Assembly: GCA_964057225.1 (NCBI GenBank)
Contig: OZ059894.1
Span: 13,268,001 to 13,332,000, forward strand
DNA: 64,000 nucleotides
Reading direction: 5' to 3'
Origin: Auanema rhodensis
Lineage: Eukaryota; Animalia; Nematoda
Shown: piece after piece, positions 48,476 to 60,586 of the stretch
How the letters are laid out: the number at the start of each line of letters is the position of its first letter
How positions within the stretch are numbered: position 1 is the stretch's first letter
The notes under the pieces: generated by a model
What the model was told of the DNA's origin: nothing
Databases searched by the model: none
Seen by the model: the letters and a program-made list of their open reading frames with translations, nothing else
Position numbers and translations under genes: made by a program

Positions 48476-51400
48476 TCAGAAAAGGTCGACGTAGGAAGGC
48501 AGAGATTCCTTGCTCGTCGATGGCTTGTTTGGTGGTGTGGCTTCTGTCTTCTTCAGCTTTGGCTTTGAGGGAGTTTGAGTCCCTTGTGTGCAGATATCAG
48601 GTAAAGACCTCTTCTGGAAGAGGTTTTTGATGCAGCGAAGTTCCTCAATGATGAGGTTCAATGGTGCTGTGAGTTGTTGGATGTCCTTGCGGAGATCCTT
48701 CATCTCATTTACCAGAAGCTTGAGTTCTGGTTGCGCTTCCACTACAATGATGTTGGATTTGCGTGGAGGCGATGTTTCACAGCTTCTCTTTCTTGATGGG
48801 GCCCTCAAAGGATCGTAGGGCATGTCCAATTTTACGTCGTCCAAGTGGTCCTTATGAATTCTTTCCACCAATTCGGTGAGTCGTTTCTCGTTGCCAAATA
48901 GTTGTAGATCAGTAAGCTCCTTTTCGAATACATTATAGGTCCTGGCTGTGTTGATAAAGTCCTTTATTTTGATGAAATAACAGAGAATATCAGTAGCGGC
49001 AAGTTGGATGTCTCTAGCAGGAGTATTCGTAATCGCTTCAAGTTGGAATAAAGTTTTCAGAGATAGATCCATGGATTGCAATAGGCCCTTGTAGTAATCA
49101 TTTCTTTTGTCTAAGGACAGACGTAAGTATGATGAGAAAGACTTATTATAAATAAAAAAACATTTAAACAATAAACAAATAAAGATAAAGATAAGTCCGC
49201 CAACTGAAGATTCAGTTGAATGGCAAGCTTATATAGCGAATGTTATCAGCATTTTCCACGAAAAGTTATAAGTTGTCAATGACAATTATAACTATCTCAG
49301 AAAATGCTGAGGCTGCAAAATATAACTGATAACATAATACACTAAAATAGTAATCATTTCTTTTGTCTAAGGACAGACGTAAGTATGATTGTTTTCTCTC
49401 GGCTGAGGAAGCAAGAGTATCGCGAATAGTGGTGGCGTGAGTTGACATGATTAGGAATAAGAGTATGATAGCGACGTGGGTCTTCCGTTGAGTGATGAGG
49501 AAGAGGAGGCGCTTGAGGAAACGAAGCGTAATGATGGGCAGGCGGAGCGTGGTTTTAATAATTCTGATAGCGAAGAAAAGTGTGTTGCTCGCGATGGCGA
49601 TGGAGTATGTCGTCATGATGTAATACGAAAGGGCCAATGCGGATAATATCAGTATGAGACAAAATAGAAGTTCTCGGTACCAGTTAAGGTAAATGTCGTA
49701 GAAATGAGTGATATCAGGCCATGGGAAAGATATAACTGACTCATGAATGGAGGAGTGATTGCCATCGACGTAGTGTTTGTTGAGATCTTCCATATTATTC
49801 ACGTAATATAATATTCCGGTGAGCAAAAATGACTTCGTTTGTTTTCCGCAAGTGTATGAACACTGTGTTCGAGGTGAAGCTGTTGTCATTGGAAGTCGAA
49901 TAGTGTTCATTGTTCCTTCCGGGCTGCAGTGTAGCATGAATGCTGTACCTTCGCAAGTTGTTGCCGCGAGAGTATTTGTTGATGAGGAACATATAATTTT
50001 AGCCTGTGCTCCGTTTTGACAGTTGTAACAGCCTGTTAACATGGAGTCTGTTATGTCGCAAAATTCCGAGCTGTAATTGAATGAGCTTTGGAATTTGCCA
50101 TCAATTGTGATGTGTAGTTCGGCCATAATGTTACGGTTGACAGTTATGTGAACTTTGCGATTTGAAGATTCGATGGAGTAGGCAGGTGTGATGAGTGGTA
50201 AGGCACTTTTCACATTTTCAAATGATGTATTCAAAGAGTAGTCTTTGCATCGACAATTCACGGTATCTTCGGCTGGTGAACAATCGCAATGTGGAGTAGC
50301 TTGGCATTCCATTTTTATTGCTTTCTCTCTAGATGAGCAAGATAGAGTTGCTGGTTGGTTCCAGACTGCTGTTTTCGTCAGATTTCGAATGAATTTGTAT
50401 TGCATTGCTGGTATGACGGGTGAAGTAATGCTGGTAAGTGCTATCTTGAATGGAGACAAAGAAGTTATCAAATCGCCGTGTAAGGTGATGTTTCTGGTGA
50501 TTATATTCGTTCCATTTTGATAGGTAAGTAGCATCTGAGTAGATTGTGACCATTCTGTGCAAGTGAAGACTTCGTAAATGGATTTGTCCGTGGGTTTCAT
50601 ATACGTTCTGTAGAAGAGGCAACCGGATGATGGATAGAAGCATCCGCAGCCAATGCCTCCACAAGATTCTGTGCAGAATGTTTGTCCTGGGTATTGGTTG
50701 GCCATAGTTAGTTCATTGATCTTGGTGTCTTCTCTGATCATGGCGCATTTTGTCTCTTGGCAGGATCCAGTTCGTGGGCAGCGTTTGCTGTCTTGGACTT
50801 GAGTGATGCTTTCTCTAGTGAAGTATAGTGAATTTACTTCGCAAGAATAAGTGCTTTTGATCCACTGGATGCGTAGGAAAGTGATTTTTTCCTCGTTGTT
50901 GGTAAATGAGAGGCATGCTTCCTGAGTGTATGGGCTGATGGTAAGTCGTTCTGATGTTCGGATTCGACATTCGTTTTGAGTGCATGACGATTCTTTTGTT
51001 GAAATCATGTTCAATTCTTGACATGCAGAGGTGTTTCCTATTTTTAACAGTATTATTGCAAGAAGAGGAATGACGGATTGCCTTCTTTTTGAGAAGAGTT
51101 TCTTCAATTTTCGTCCAATTGTCAGTGTGAGTGAGAAGATTATATAGCACCACAGACGAATTGGTTTGCCGATAACCCATGGTGTGTATAGTAATCCGTA
51201 GCATAAGGCTGTGATCATATATACTATGAGTGTCAGTAGCAAGATTGAAGTCCAAGGCCAGCACGATGGATTGAGCAGGGTTGCTGTACAAAATGTGCAG
51301 GTAACTGTAGAGCAGAAGTGGACTCCTGGGCATGTTAAGAACATGTGTTGAAGTCTGGAGTTGTGAAAAAATGTCCAACTGACTTGGTAGTCTGTCAATA

Positions 51401-51590
51401 TTTCTGCTGTGGGAAGAGTGACGTCTCCGTTGTTACTACTGTTGAAGCATGTGTTTTGGATGCACACTTGTTGGTTTGCCGTACTGATTCCTTGGATATG
51501 AACTCCGTGGGAGTTGCATGAAATTGTTGGGTTTGCTGAGGCCATTGGTCCGAAAATCGCAAATATTGTGAAGAAAGTGAGGAGTGTATT
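48476..51590 (-). pseudogene. env: Phlebovirus-like Gn/Gc class II envelope plus ~230-aa C-terminal extension, disrupted by a 214-bp insertion
   Basis: Signal peptides, Gn TM, Gc starting CQEL at 51023, KRCPRTGSC, fusion loop CTESCGGIGCGCFYPSSGCLFYR, GCYNCQNGA, TM. Confidence 0.9.
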
Positions 51591-54500
51591 GGTTGTATCT
51601 CCGTACCATACTCGTGGTAAGTTACGTAAGTTGGTTCTTCTTTCTTCATGAACAGGTTCTTCTGGTGTTGCGTTGTCCTTGAGTTTTTCTGGGATCTCGT
51701 TGTCTGAGATTTCCAATGGGTGTAGTAAGTTGACTGGTCTTTTTATTTCTCGACCTGTTTCCGAAATCAGCGTTGCTTCTCTGATGTTTCCTGAACTGTC
51801 GGGGTGAACTTGAGTTATTTTTCCTGTACTCCATTTGTGACGGGGAATAGGAAGCTCGTTGATTAGGACGATTTGACCAATGGATGGAGTTCCCGCTTTC
51901 TTAACTGAAATGTTGTGATGGTGTGTAGCGCGGATCTCTTTCAGGTATAGGTCTGTCCAGAGTTCCCAGAACTTGTTTGTGCGTTTCCTTGATGAGTGAA
52001 TGGCTCGTTCTGTATCAGCTTGAGTTTGTAGCGCTGGGCTGTCAATGTAATCCTCATCCATTTCTTCTTCTGATTCGACAGAGATGTTCAAGTCGATGTC
52101 TTTATAGATGAAATCGCATGGTCGTATGATCTCATCTTTGTTGGTATCTGTACCGATGTATGTGAGTGGACGTGTGTTTATTGTAGCTTCACACTCTGCA
52201 AGGGTTATTGTGAGCTCTTCAGTAGTTGGAGTACTGTGGAGTGTTTTGTAGAGAGCTTCCTTCACGGACCTAATAAGTCTTTCGTAAAAACCGCCTTGCC
52301 ATGGGGCATAGGGGGTGATGTTGTGCCAGCGAATTTTGTATTAATTTCCGCTGTCTGTTGTAGTGAAGAGTTTGTTTGCAACCTTTTGACCAAGCTCAAA
52401 GGTGCTTGCGTTGTCGCAGGTTATGCTTGAGGGACATCCACGTCGTGCCCAGATTTTTCGTAGACAGTTGAGAAATGCGGTAGTTGTGAGGTTGTGAATC
52501 ACCTCGAGATGGATGAGTCTTGTCACCGTGCAGGTGTAGATGCAGCTCCAGACTTTCGTATTTCCGTTCTTGACTGTGATGGGTCCGAAGTAGTCGAGAC
52601 CTACATGTTTGAAGGGTTGGCTTCGTTGGAGTCGTCTGGATGGTACGTTTTCCGATGGAGGGTACGTAAATGGCCGATTGTTGAGCTTTTGACAGTTTGC
52701 GCATTTCCTTATGACTGCTTGTGTCTGGGAACGTAGTTGAGGGATCCAGTATTTTTGTCGTACTTCCGCCATGGTATGAGCAGTACTTTTGTGAAATTTT
52801 TCATGGAAGTGCTCTATGAGGAGTCGTGCGGTTGGTGTTTTGGGAAGGATGATGATAGGAAGCTTAGCTGATTGCTCTAGCTCAGCGTTTTCCATTCGTC
52901 CTCTACTGTGCCAGAGGTGATCTCTGAGGAGTGGACGGAGATCGTTTCTTTGGGCTGCTGTCAGACGAACCATCAAGTTTCTTTGATGAAGGTGTAGTAG
53001 ATTTAGTTCTGCTTCTTCATAATGTTGAGGTGTACGAGCTTCAGTGAGTGGATAATGAGTTGCTATCCATTTTTCTTGTGCCTGTGTCCATGAGGAACAG
53101 TCTGATATCCATGGTTCTTCGTTTGGGTCGTCATCCGTAGTTGTCATGTGAACGTTCACTTCATTCTGTGGAAGAGTGAATAATGGACCATTGATTGCTC
53201 GTTCGAGTTGAGCTTGTGGATTCCACCAGTAATGGTCACTAAGCTCTGCTGTGGTACAACCTCTTGTGGCGATGTCGGCTGGATTATCCTTCGTGTTGAT
53301 ATAACCAAAGAAGGTCTTTATTTCCATATCTTCCAGTTGTTCTGCGCATTCGTTGATTTCTTTGATGCGGTTTTGTACCAAGACCCCCGTTGTTTTCTGG
53401 TCTGGTTTCTGTCGGATCCAAGCAAGTGCTATCTCAGAGTCGGATAGAAAGGTAGCAGTTTCTATCTTGATGTTGTCTCTGATTTCTTTGGCGATTTTCA
53501 GAGTGTTTGATACTCCTATTGTAAGAGCAGAGATTTCTGCTTTTGGGATTGTGATGGATGAACTCTTGGAGTGCAACTTTGATTTTGCAAACATGAGTCT
53601 GGGTTTGCGAGTTGATGCTGATAAGATGTAGACGCAGAATCCTAACGCTGATCCGCTGGAATCTGTGCAGGTGACCAGATGATATGAGTTTGTTGGGTCT
53701 GATGGTAGTGAGCGAGGAATCGCTTTTACCATGTGAAAATTGTCTGACAATTCTTTCCATTTTTGTTGTAGCTCATGGGGAAGTGTTGTGTCCCAGTCGA
53801 AGTTTTCTGTCCACAGTGATTGTAAAAACAGCCGGAGTGGATGAAGGCTGGGGCAGATCATTCCCATAGGATCGAAGATTGAGGCTATAGCTTGAGTTAT
53901 GCCTCTTTTGGTTGGTTTTGTTTCTGTTATCTTCGTCTCGATAATCCATTGATCAGTCTTGGTGTCCCAAGGTAGTCCCAATACTTTGGGTGTTGTTGAA
54001 CTGTTTTTCTCTTCCATACTGAGGTTGTTGTTGAAGGTAGCGTCGTTAGATATGAACTCTTGGAGTGTCATATTCATTTCTGCGAATATGTCTTTGATGT
54101 CTTGATACCAGAGACATATCTTTTCGCTCGAATCACATGCTAAGAGTAAGTTGTCGACGTAGAGGTTTTCCTTTATTTGATGGGCAAGAAAGTTTTCGTG
54201 ACTTCTTTGCATCAGATGATAGCGTATAGTTGCGCTGAGTAGGAATGGAGAAGCGTTGATGCCAAACGGAACTCGGCAAAAACGAAGTGTCCTTATGTTT
54301 TCTGGTGTGATTGGTTGATTGATGTCATTTAACCAGAAGAATCGTGTCGCGTCTCTTTCGGATTCGTGTAGTCGGATTTGAAGAAAGGCTTTTTTAACGT
54401 CAGCAATCATTGCTATTGGTCCGCATCTGAATCGTAGTATCATCCCTATGAGAGAAGGAAGGATTAATGGGCCTTGGTGAATGACGTCGTTCAAGCTTGG

Positions 54501-55520
54501 CTTGTTTTGGTAATGTCCGGAGGCATCGTAGACTATTCTAAGCTTAGTCGTTTCCTTTTGAGGCGTTATCACTGCCTGATGGGCGATGTAGTGAATCCTA
54601 TGAGCGTTTGGGTATGGATCCGTAGCCTCCTCAATGATGCCGCTGTTTAACTGTTCTTCAATAATGTTGTTGTATTGTTGAAGTAGTTGTGGTTGATTTG
54701 ATAGTTTAAGGGCTAAACTTGTCAATCTTTTGAGAGCAAGTGCTCTGTTGTCCGGAAGTAAGTGTGCGTTTTCTTTCCATGGGAACGAAAACATAATAGC
54801 CATCTTCTTTCTTTTGGATGGAAGCGTTGAATTGATCTAGGATCAATTTGTCTCTCGCTTCTCTCTCCTCTTGTTCTGTGCCGGTAAATTCCATGTGTTC
54901 TTCAATGAAACTTTTGTTCCATTTTTGAATTGGTATTGAAGATTCTCCTGTGATGACGGAGTAGGCACTAATTGACTTTTTGTCAGTTGTTTGACCGGTG
55001 ATGAAATTTCCAAATTGTGTGTGGATGATTATGTTGTCTGGATTTAATTGCTCTACGGAAGTCAGTGCTTGCCACATAAGGTCCGATCCTATGAGGAGTA
55101 GGAGTAATCTTGGAAGTTTGTCCAAGGCTTGGCTTGGCCTTTGTAGCTTTTTGGAAGCTGACTGTGTTGATAGGTCCTGTGAGGATCTTCTTCGTCCATA
55201 AGTTGGCAATGATTTCGGACTTGGTTCCGATGATTTTTGCTTCCACTTTATTGAGTTTCTCAATAGAGGTTGTGTTTCCGAAGGTTTTTATCTTCACTCG
55301 CTTCGTTTGGATTACGGTAAGCTGAAGCTCCTTAGCGAGGTCTTCTTCGATGAAGGATGTGTCTGATCCGCTATCAAGTATAGCGGGCACAGCAATGGTC
55401 TTATCCCCTTTGAAGATGTTGATTGTCCCTACCGGGAGTAGAGCGTTGTAAAACTGTTGGTCCTGTTGTTGAGTAGCGAACTGAATGATGTGTTCTTCCT
55501 CGTTGTAATCATCTCCATGG
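51590..55520 (-). pseudogene. pol: Bel/Pao pol: protease, RT, RNase H, integrase (several frameshifts, one in-frame stop)
   Basis: ILDSGSDTS; RIVYDAS, ADVKKAFLQI, RVPFG, YVDN; SIFDPMG, TDSS, NPADIATRG; GLDYFGP, CDNA, PWQGGFYER. Confidence 0.95.
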
Positions 55521-56982
55521 GAGTGCTGCTCAACATATTTACTTTGGAAGTCTTCTTTCTTCCGTAGCAGAGGACTTCCAAATGTTTTTCGCCACACTTG
55601 GAGCATGTGCGTTTGCTGGGGCAGTTCTCTGTGTTGTGAGACTTGCGTAGACAGTTGTGGCACCGTTTTTCTTGAGTCAGAATGGTCTGACGTTCTTTCT
55701 TTGTCTTCGGAGTGTCGCAGTCCCAGGGAGCGTGGGGTTTCTGACAGAAGATGCAGCTTGTTGTTTTTGCTGCTGTTTTTCTCATCTCAGGTCGTGGGCG
55801 CTGAGGTGTCGACACGTTGTTGGGCCTTGGGCCTGTGAAGCTGTTTGGACGTTGGATGGGTTTCTCAAATCGATCAGCAGCAAAGATTTTTACCTTGTTT
55901 TGTTGGCGAAGGTATCTTTGAAGTGTCGATACTAGTGTTCCAATGCTGGGCCTTGTGTCGAGCGTTTTGTAGAGCTCTTGAATAATGCTGCCTGGTAGCT
56001 TGCTGTGCAGAAGTACAATAGCAAGAGCGTTTAGCGCTTCGTGTGAATTGGTTTCTGTTTGGCGAAAGATACCGGATATCTTGTCGGCCATGAACAGAAG
56101 GTCTCTGTTGCTCGTGGAGCGTGGTTGGATTTGTACGAAATCCAACATTAGGTGTTGGAGGATGTTGTCGTTGTCATCGTACAAATCATGGAGGAAGCAG
56201 ACGGCAGCGTCATAGGAGTCTTCGTTCGTTGGGAACGAAGAGAGCTGAGCGGCTGCTTCACCGACAAGAGATTGACGTAGGTAGTTAAATTTCTCGATTG
56301 TCGGTATGTTAGCCGAGTGGATGAGTCGGTTGAACAAACTCCAGAAGTTGCGCCAGTTCTTCACATTTCCGTCAAACTTAGGGATGTCTACAGGTTTGAC
56401 CGTGGGTCTCAGTCTGTAGGACTCCCTGTACGCTATTGGTAGCGGTTCGTTTCCCAACTGAGCTTGAGTCGGTTGGGTGAGGTCTGGCCTCTGAACTTCA
56501 GTTGTGAGCGGAATGTTGGCAATGGGCTGGGCAGACGGCGCAGAAGAAGTTTGTTCTTCTTCCGGGTCTTGAGCTCGCATTGCAGAGACTTGGTCTCTTA
56601 GCGCGGAGGTATATCCACGTAGGGTGGATATGTGTCTCCGGAGAGTATCCTCGTTAGCGAGGATTCTCTCTTGATCTTCAGAGTTAAGATCTTCGGTAAT
56701 ATTGTTCAACTCCTCAATGAGGGAGTTGATCATGTTGATGTCAAGGTCAATAGCCAGCATCTCTTTTTCACGAAGTTCAATCATCCAGGTCATTTTGTTT
56801 GACTGGAGATTGATTTGACGAGTCATGAAAGATTTTCGTCGTCCGTCCTGTTTTTGAAGCTTAGTCAAAAACGAAGTACACCTAGCGATCCAAGCGTTGG
56901 CCCGAGAGGTATCGGAAGCCTCGGCCTCATGCACCATGTTTTGACTGGAGTCCTTTGAAGCAGGAGAGCGTAAAACAGGCAT
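55520..56982 (-). CDS. gag: Bel/Pao Gag with three zinc knuckles; ORF begins inside the LTR
   Basis: IPKFDGN...W..FW..F, EKFNYLRQSL; CIFCQKPHAPWDC, CHNCLRKSHNTENC, CSKCGEKHLEVLC. Confidence 0.93.
56922..56936 (-). promoter_or_regulatory. Primer-binding site for tRNA-Gly(GCC); also at 47569-47583
   Basis: TGGTGCATGAGGCCG directly after the LTR CA; complements the tRNA-Gly 3' end CGGCCCATGCA-CCA with one bulged base. Confidence 0.85.
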
Positions 56983-56996
56983 GGGTGGTTCAGTGG
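56979..56996 (-). promoter_or_regulatory. 18-nt site complementary to tRNA-Gly(GCC) nt 1-18 in U5, overlapping the gag ATG (also 14308-14325, 46114-46131, 47626-47643)
   Basis: Plus strand GCATGGGTGGTTCAGTGG equals the 5' end of a metazoan tRNA-Gly(GCC) isodecoder; invariant in all four LTR copies. Confidence 0.75.
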
Positions 56997-59236
56997 ATTT
57001 GAAGTGTAGAGAACGAGAACGCTAGGTTACTTGGACAACGATTTATTCAGAGAGAACTGGTAAAGACAACAGTGACAAAAAATAGAAAAGTAGATGAACA
57101 CAATACGAAGTAAGAATACAAAGTAATATGGAGCAGCAGCAACAGCAGAACGACGCCTGGAGCGGTCGTTGGATCAAGAGGTCAAGAATGGGAAAAGCTG
57201 CGAGCTTATATACGAATTCTACCGGGCGATATACAATACATATTAATGATGGCATGAAGAAATAAAGAAATAATTTACAACAAGAATACGAATTAATATA
57301 TAATAAATGAAATATAAAATAATCTAGGAATAATAGAAACGTGGGCTGAATATTAGAATAGAATAGAATATAGAGAGAATACAGCATTTTGCCACAGATT
57401 GAATGTGCCTTCTGCTGTAAGTTGTGGGGGCAGGCTAAGTGTAGATGAGTCATGTCTCATCCTGTGCGGCATCTCCCAGATTTTGCAGGATGCGCGAGTG
57501 GGCGAATGAGTCATGAGCCATTTAGACCTCGATTGCAACTTACAAGATTATTGATTAAGCTAAACGAATTCTTATGATTAAAATAGACTATAGGCAATAA
57601 GAGAACAAGATTAACATAAAAGGTTAAGATGGATAGATGTGTTTAAGAGACAATAAGGAAGGAACATCTGGTGAGTAATCGGATAAACTTGCATGTGTGT
57701 GTGCGGCACGTATGAGTCATAGGTGAATAAAATAGTGGGAATAAAGTGCATCGTTGTCCAAAAAGAGTATGGGAAAGATGGAGTGCGTTCGCACAATTTT
57801 TGAGCGTCAGCTGTTAAAATCATATTTTGGGATCATGGTTCATGGATTCTCCTTTTTTAAATTTAAAAATCATGATTTAAAGCATGATTTAAATTTTTTT
57901 TTTTAAATCAAATTTAAATATGCTTTTGTAAATGTATATATATAATTATATATTTTGAATTAATTTTTAAATATATTAAGTGAAAAAAAAATCTAAATTT
58001 TAAATATTTAAATTATATTTAAATTTTATATTTATAAATTATATTTAACCTTTATATATATAAATTATATTTAAATTTTAAATATATTAATTTGTTTTAA
58101 AATTTTATTACTTTATTCATTTATTATATTTATTAATTATGTTTGTTTACTTATTTTGTTTATTATGTTATAATATTGTGTTTTTTTACTGTTTTTATTT
58201 TTAAAGATCAATAAAATTTTTGCATGTAGATAATTTTGTTCACCGTACTTGTTATGGGTAATTCATTGGAACACATATCGAAAGTTAATTCGATAAGAAC
58301 GATATGAAATACCAAAATTTAATGAAACACATATCGAAGGTTAATTCGATAAGAACGATATGAAATACCAAAATTTAATGGAACACATATCGAAGGTTAA
58401 TTCGATAAGAATGACATTAAATTAATAATTTTTGAAATTACAAATTGTTATTAATTTTATTTATTCTAACAAGTAAAGGTTTCAAATTATAATAAAAGAT
58501 TAGTTTTAAACTTTATTTTACTAATATAACAATACAATAACTAAATAGAGCACACATTGAAGGTAAATACAATAATTTTAACAAACAGTTGCGCTGACCT
58601 CAACGCCACGCATATCGAGGGTTAATAAACACTAATAACTGCACTGTGGGGGTTTAAATATAGTATAAACATTTTAACATTTCAAAAGTTTTAGTTTCGT
58701 AATATAATCATTATTAAATATTCAAGAATGAAATATTTTTACATATAAAACGTTGGCAGTCATATGTTTTGTGCTACAATATGGGTGTAAAAGTATACTA
58801 TGAATAATATATGAGCTATTAAGCAAAGTTTAAAAAGCCTAAATGTTTTACAGAGATGGCTGTTGTTTATGGCACAAACGGTAAACAATAATGTTTAAAG
58901 AGATGTAAAAACTAATTAATATGCAGATTGTTTACAGGTTCAGAGTGCACCAACTGCTGGCAACTGTCGATGAGATGAGTATATCTGCATAAATATGCTG
59001 TAAAATCTAATTAATAAAAGAATTTCATCAGCAAACTTGATTGTAACACAATGGGTTGTACTTTACAAAAATCTTCGTATAAAAGGTTGGCAATTTTGCT
59101 ACATTTACATTTCAGCTCTGCCAACTATCCGAGGATCCGACGTTTCACCATCTCCTGCCACTCTTTGCCAATCGCCATAGACTGCTCCTCTCTGCAAGTT
59201 TGCCTTATATTTTAGAAAGTTGGATCTTTAGCGGAA

Positions 59237-59821
59237 ATGAAGCGTGCTGTACTTGCTGATGTGACAAATGTTGTGCGCAAATCGCCTGAACCTGAAGTAC
59301 CACGACCACCCACACCAGCTCCAAATTTTACAAATTTTGGTATGAACCTTAACTTGTATTTTTTAAATCTTTAATTTAGATTCACCAATAAAGCAGATGG
59401 AGATTCTGAGAGAGAGCACTCCACCAAGGAGTGTATTGATGAGACCAATTTGTCTCTGCAAAACTTGTAGGGAATCATTGCAGGTTATAGACGAGTATCA
59501 CTGATTCAGCCTCTGTATAAAGTGTAGAGGAAGGAATGATGCGTTGGGTCTTTTGAAGGAGTTTCGTCACTATAAGCCCGAAAACTTTTCTATTAATGTA
59601 AGCTTGCATATTTATTTATTTTCAATTTTATCATTTTTTAGATGCGCTCTTATAACACCATGACGTGCAAGCAATTGTTGAACAATATGGGCTATATTGT
59701 TATATGTGCAGATGAGGCTACTGTAAAGACTTTTGGTTATAAGCAGAATGTATTCTACTTTAAACTAAGTCCAGAAGCACTCAACCTGAACATGTTTATC
59801 CGATTTGATCCTTCATTTTGA
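59237..59821 (+). pseudogene. Third copy of the spliced D-box gene with a premature stop (TGT to TGA in HCF)
   Basis: Offset +31928 from 27309; CACTGATTC near 59499-59507. Confidence 0.8.
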
Positions 59822-60115
59822 CTACAACAAGCACAAATAGTACAATTGGCGTTTTATTCTTGTTTTGTTATGTGGCATTTTTATATTCTCAGCCGTAACA
59901 TTTGTTTTTTCCAGCTCTTGCGAATATCCATCAATGGCTCATCAATTGAGGACGAATGATCAACCAACTGGTAAGAATTTGAAAATTTGAATAGTCTACA
60001 TTTTTTTTTGCAGGTTGAATTGTTGTTTGTATTTTGCTGGTTTTTTATTGTTACATTATGCGATATATCAAATAAATCATTTATTATAATTACAATTGTT
60101 TATAACATTGAAAAA

Positions 60116-60480
60116 TTATACATTTAAATTTTCTGCATCTATCCATTCATTAAAGTTGTCGGGATATCCACTCCATTTTACAAATACTTGACGTTTACCG
60201 CTTCGAGTACGCTCTTTTAAAACTTTTTCTATATAGTACTGGTTGCTTTTATTAGTAGCCAAGACAAGTTCAGGTTCGTAGAATATTCCCTTTATACGTT
60301 CACCATTATAATCTACAAGTTTATACACGGTTGGGTTTCCGGTTACAACCTCATCAATTGTGAATAGCTCCATTGTATATCCAGACTCGTAGCTTTTTTC
60401 AAAAGTACGCCTATTTTTGCTTATGCGAACAGTATCACCAATTTTAAAGCGGCTTTTAACAGCTGATGCATATTTTTCAA
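60116..60480 (-). pseudogene. Integrase 3' remnant (chromodomain) at a deletion junction
   Basis: Matches 28188-28552, then jumps to the equivalent of ~32130. Confidence 0.9.
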
Positions 60481-60586
60481 TGCGCTGGTTTAGATTGCTC
60501 CAACGTGTATTTGACACATAATTCACAGTGACAAGGAATATTCATAACTGATCACGTAATGTAGCAGGTTATTAATGACAAATTTC

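Larger units (their letters stand above)
46072..57795 (-). mobile_element. Bel/Pao (belpaovirus) element with phlebovirus-like env: LTR 56937-57795, LTR 47584-48442, second partial unit and terminal LTR piece 46072-46289; 5-bp TSD ATTTT
   Basis: TG...CA LTRs of 859 bp, PBS, PPT. ATTTT at 46067-46071 and 57796-57800, single in the empty site at ~25858. Confidence 0.96.

Noticed and set aside
56979-57050. Complete tRNA-Gly gene in the Bel/Pao LTR
   Set aside because: The match stops after nt 18; no anticodon arm or B-box follows, and the 3'-end match lies upstream rather than downstream.
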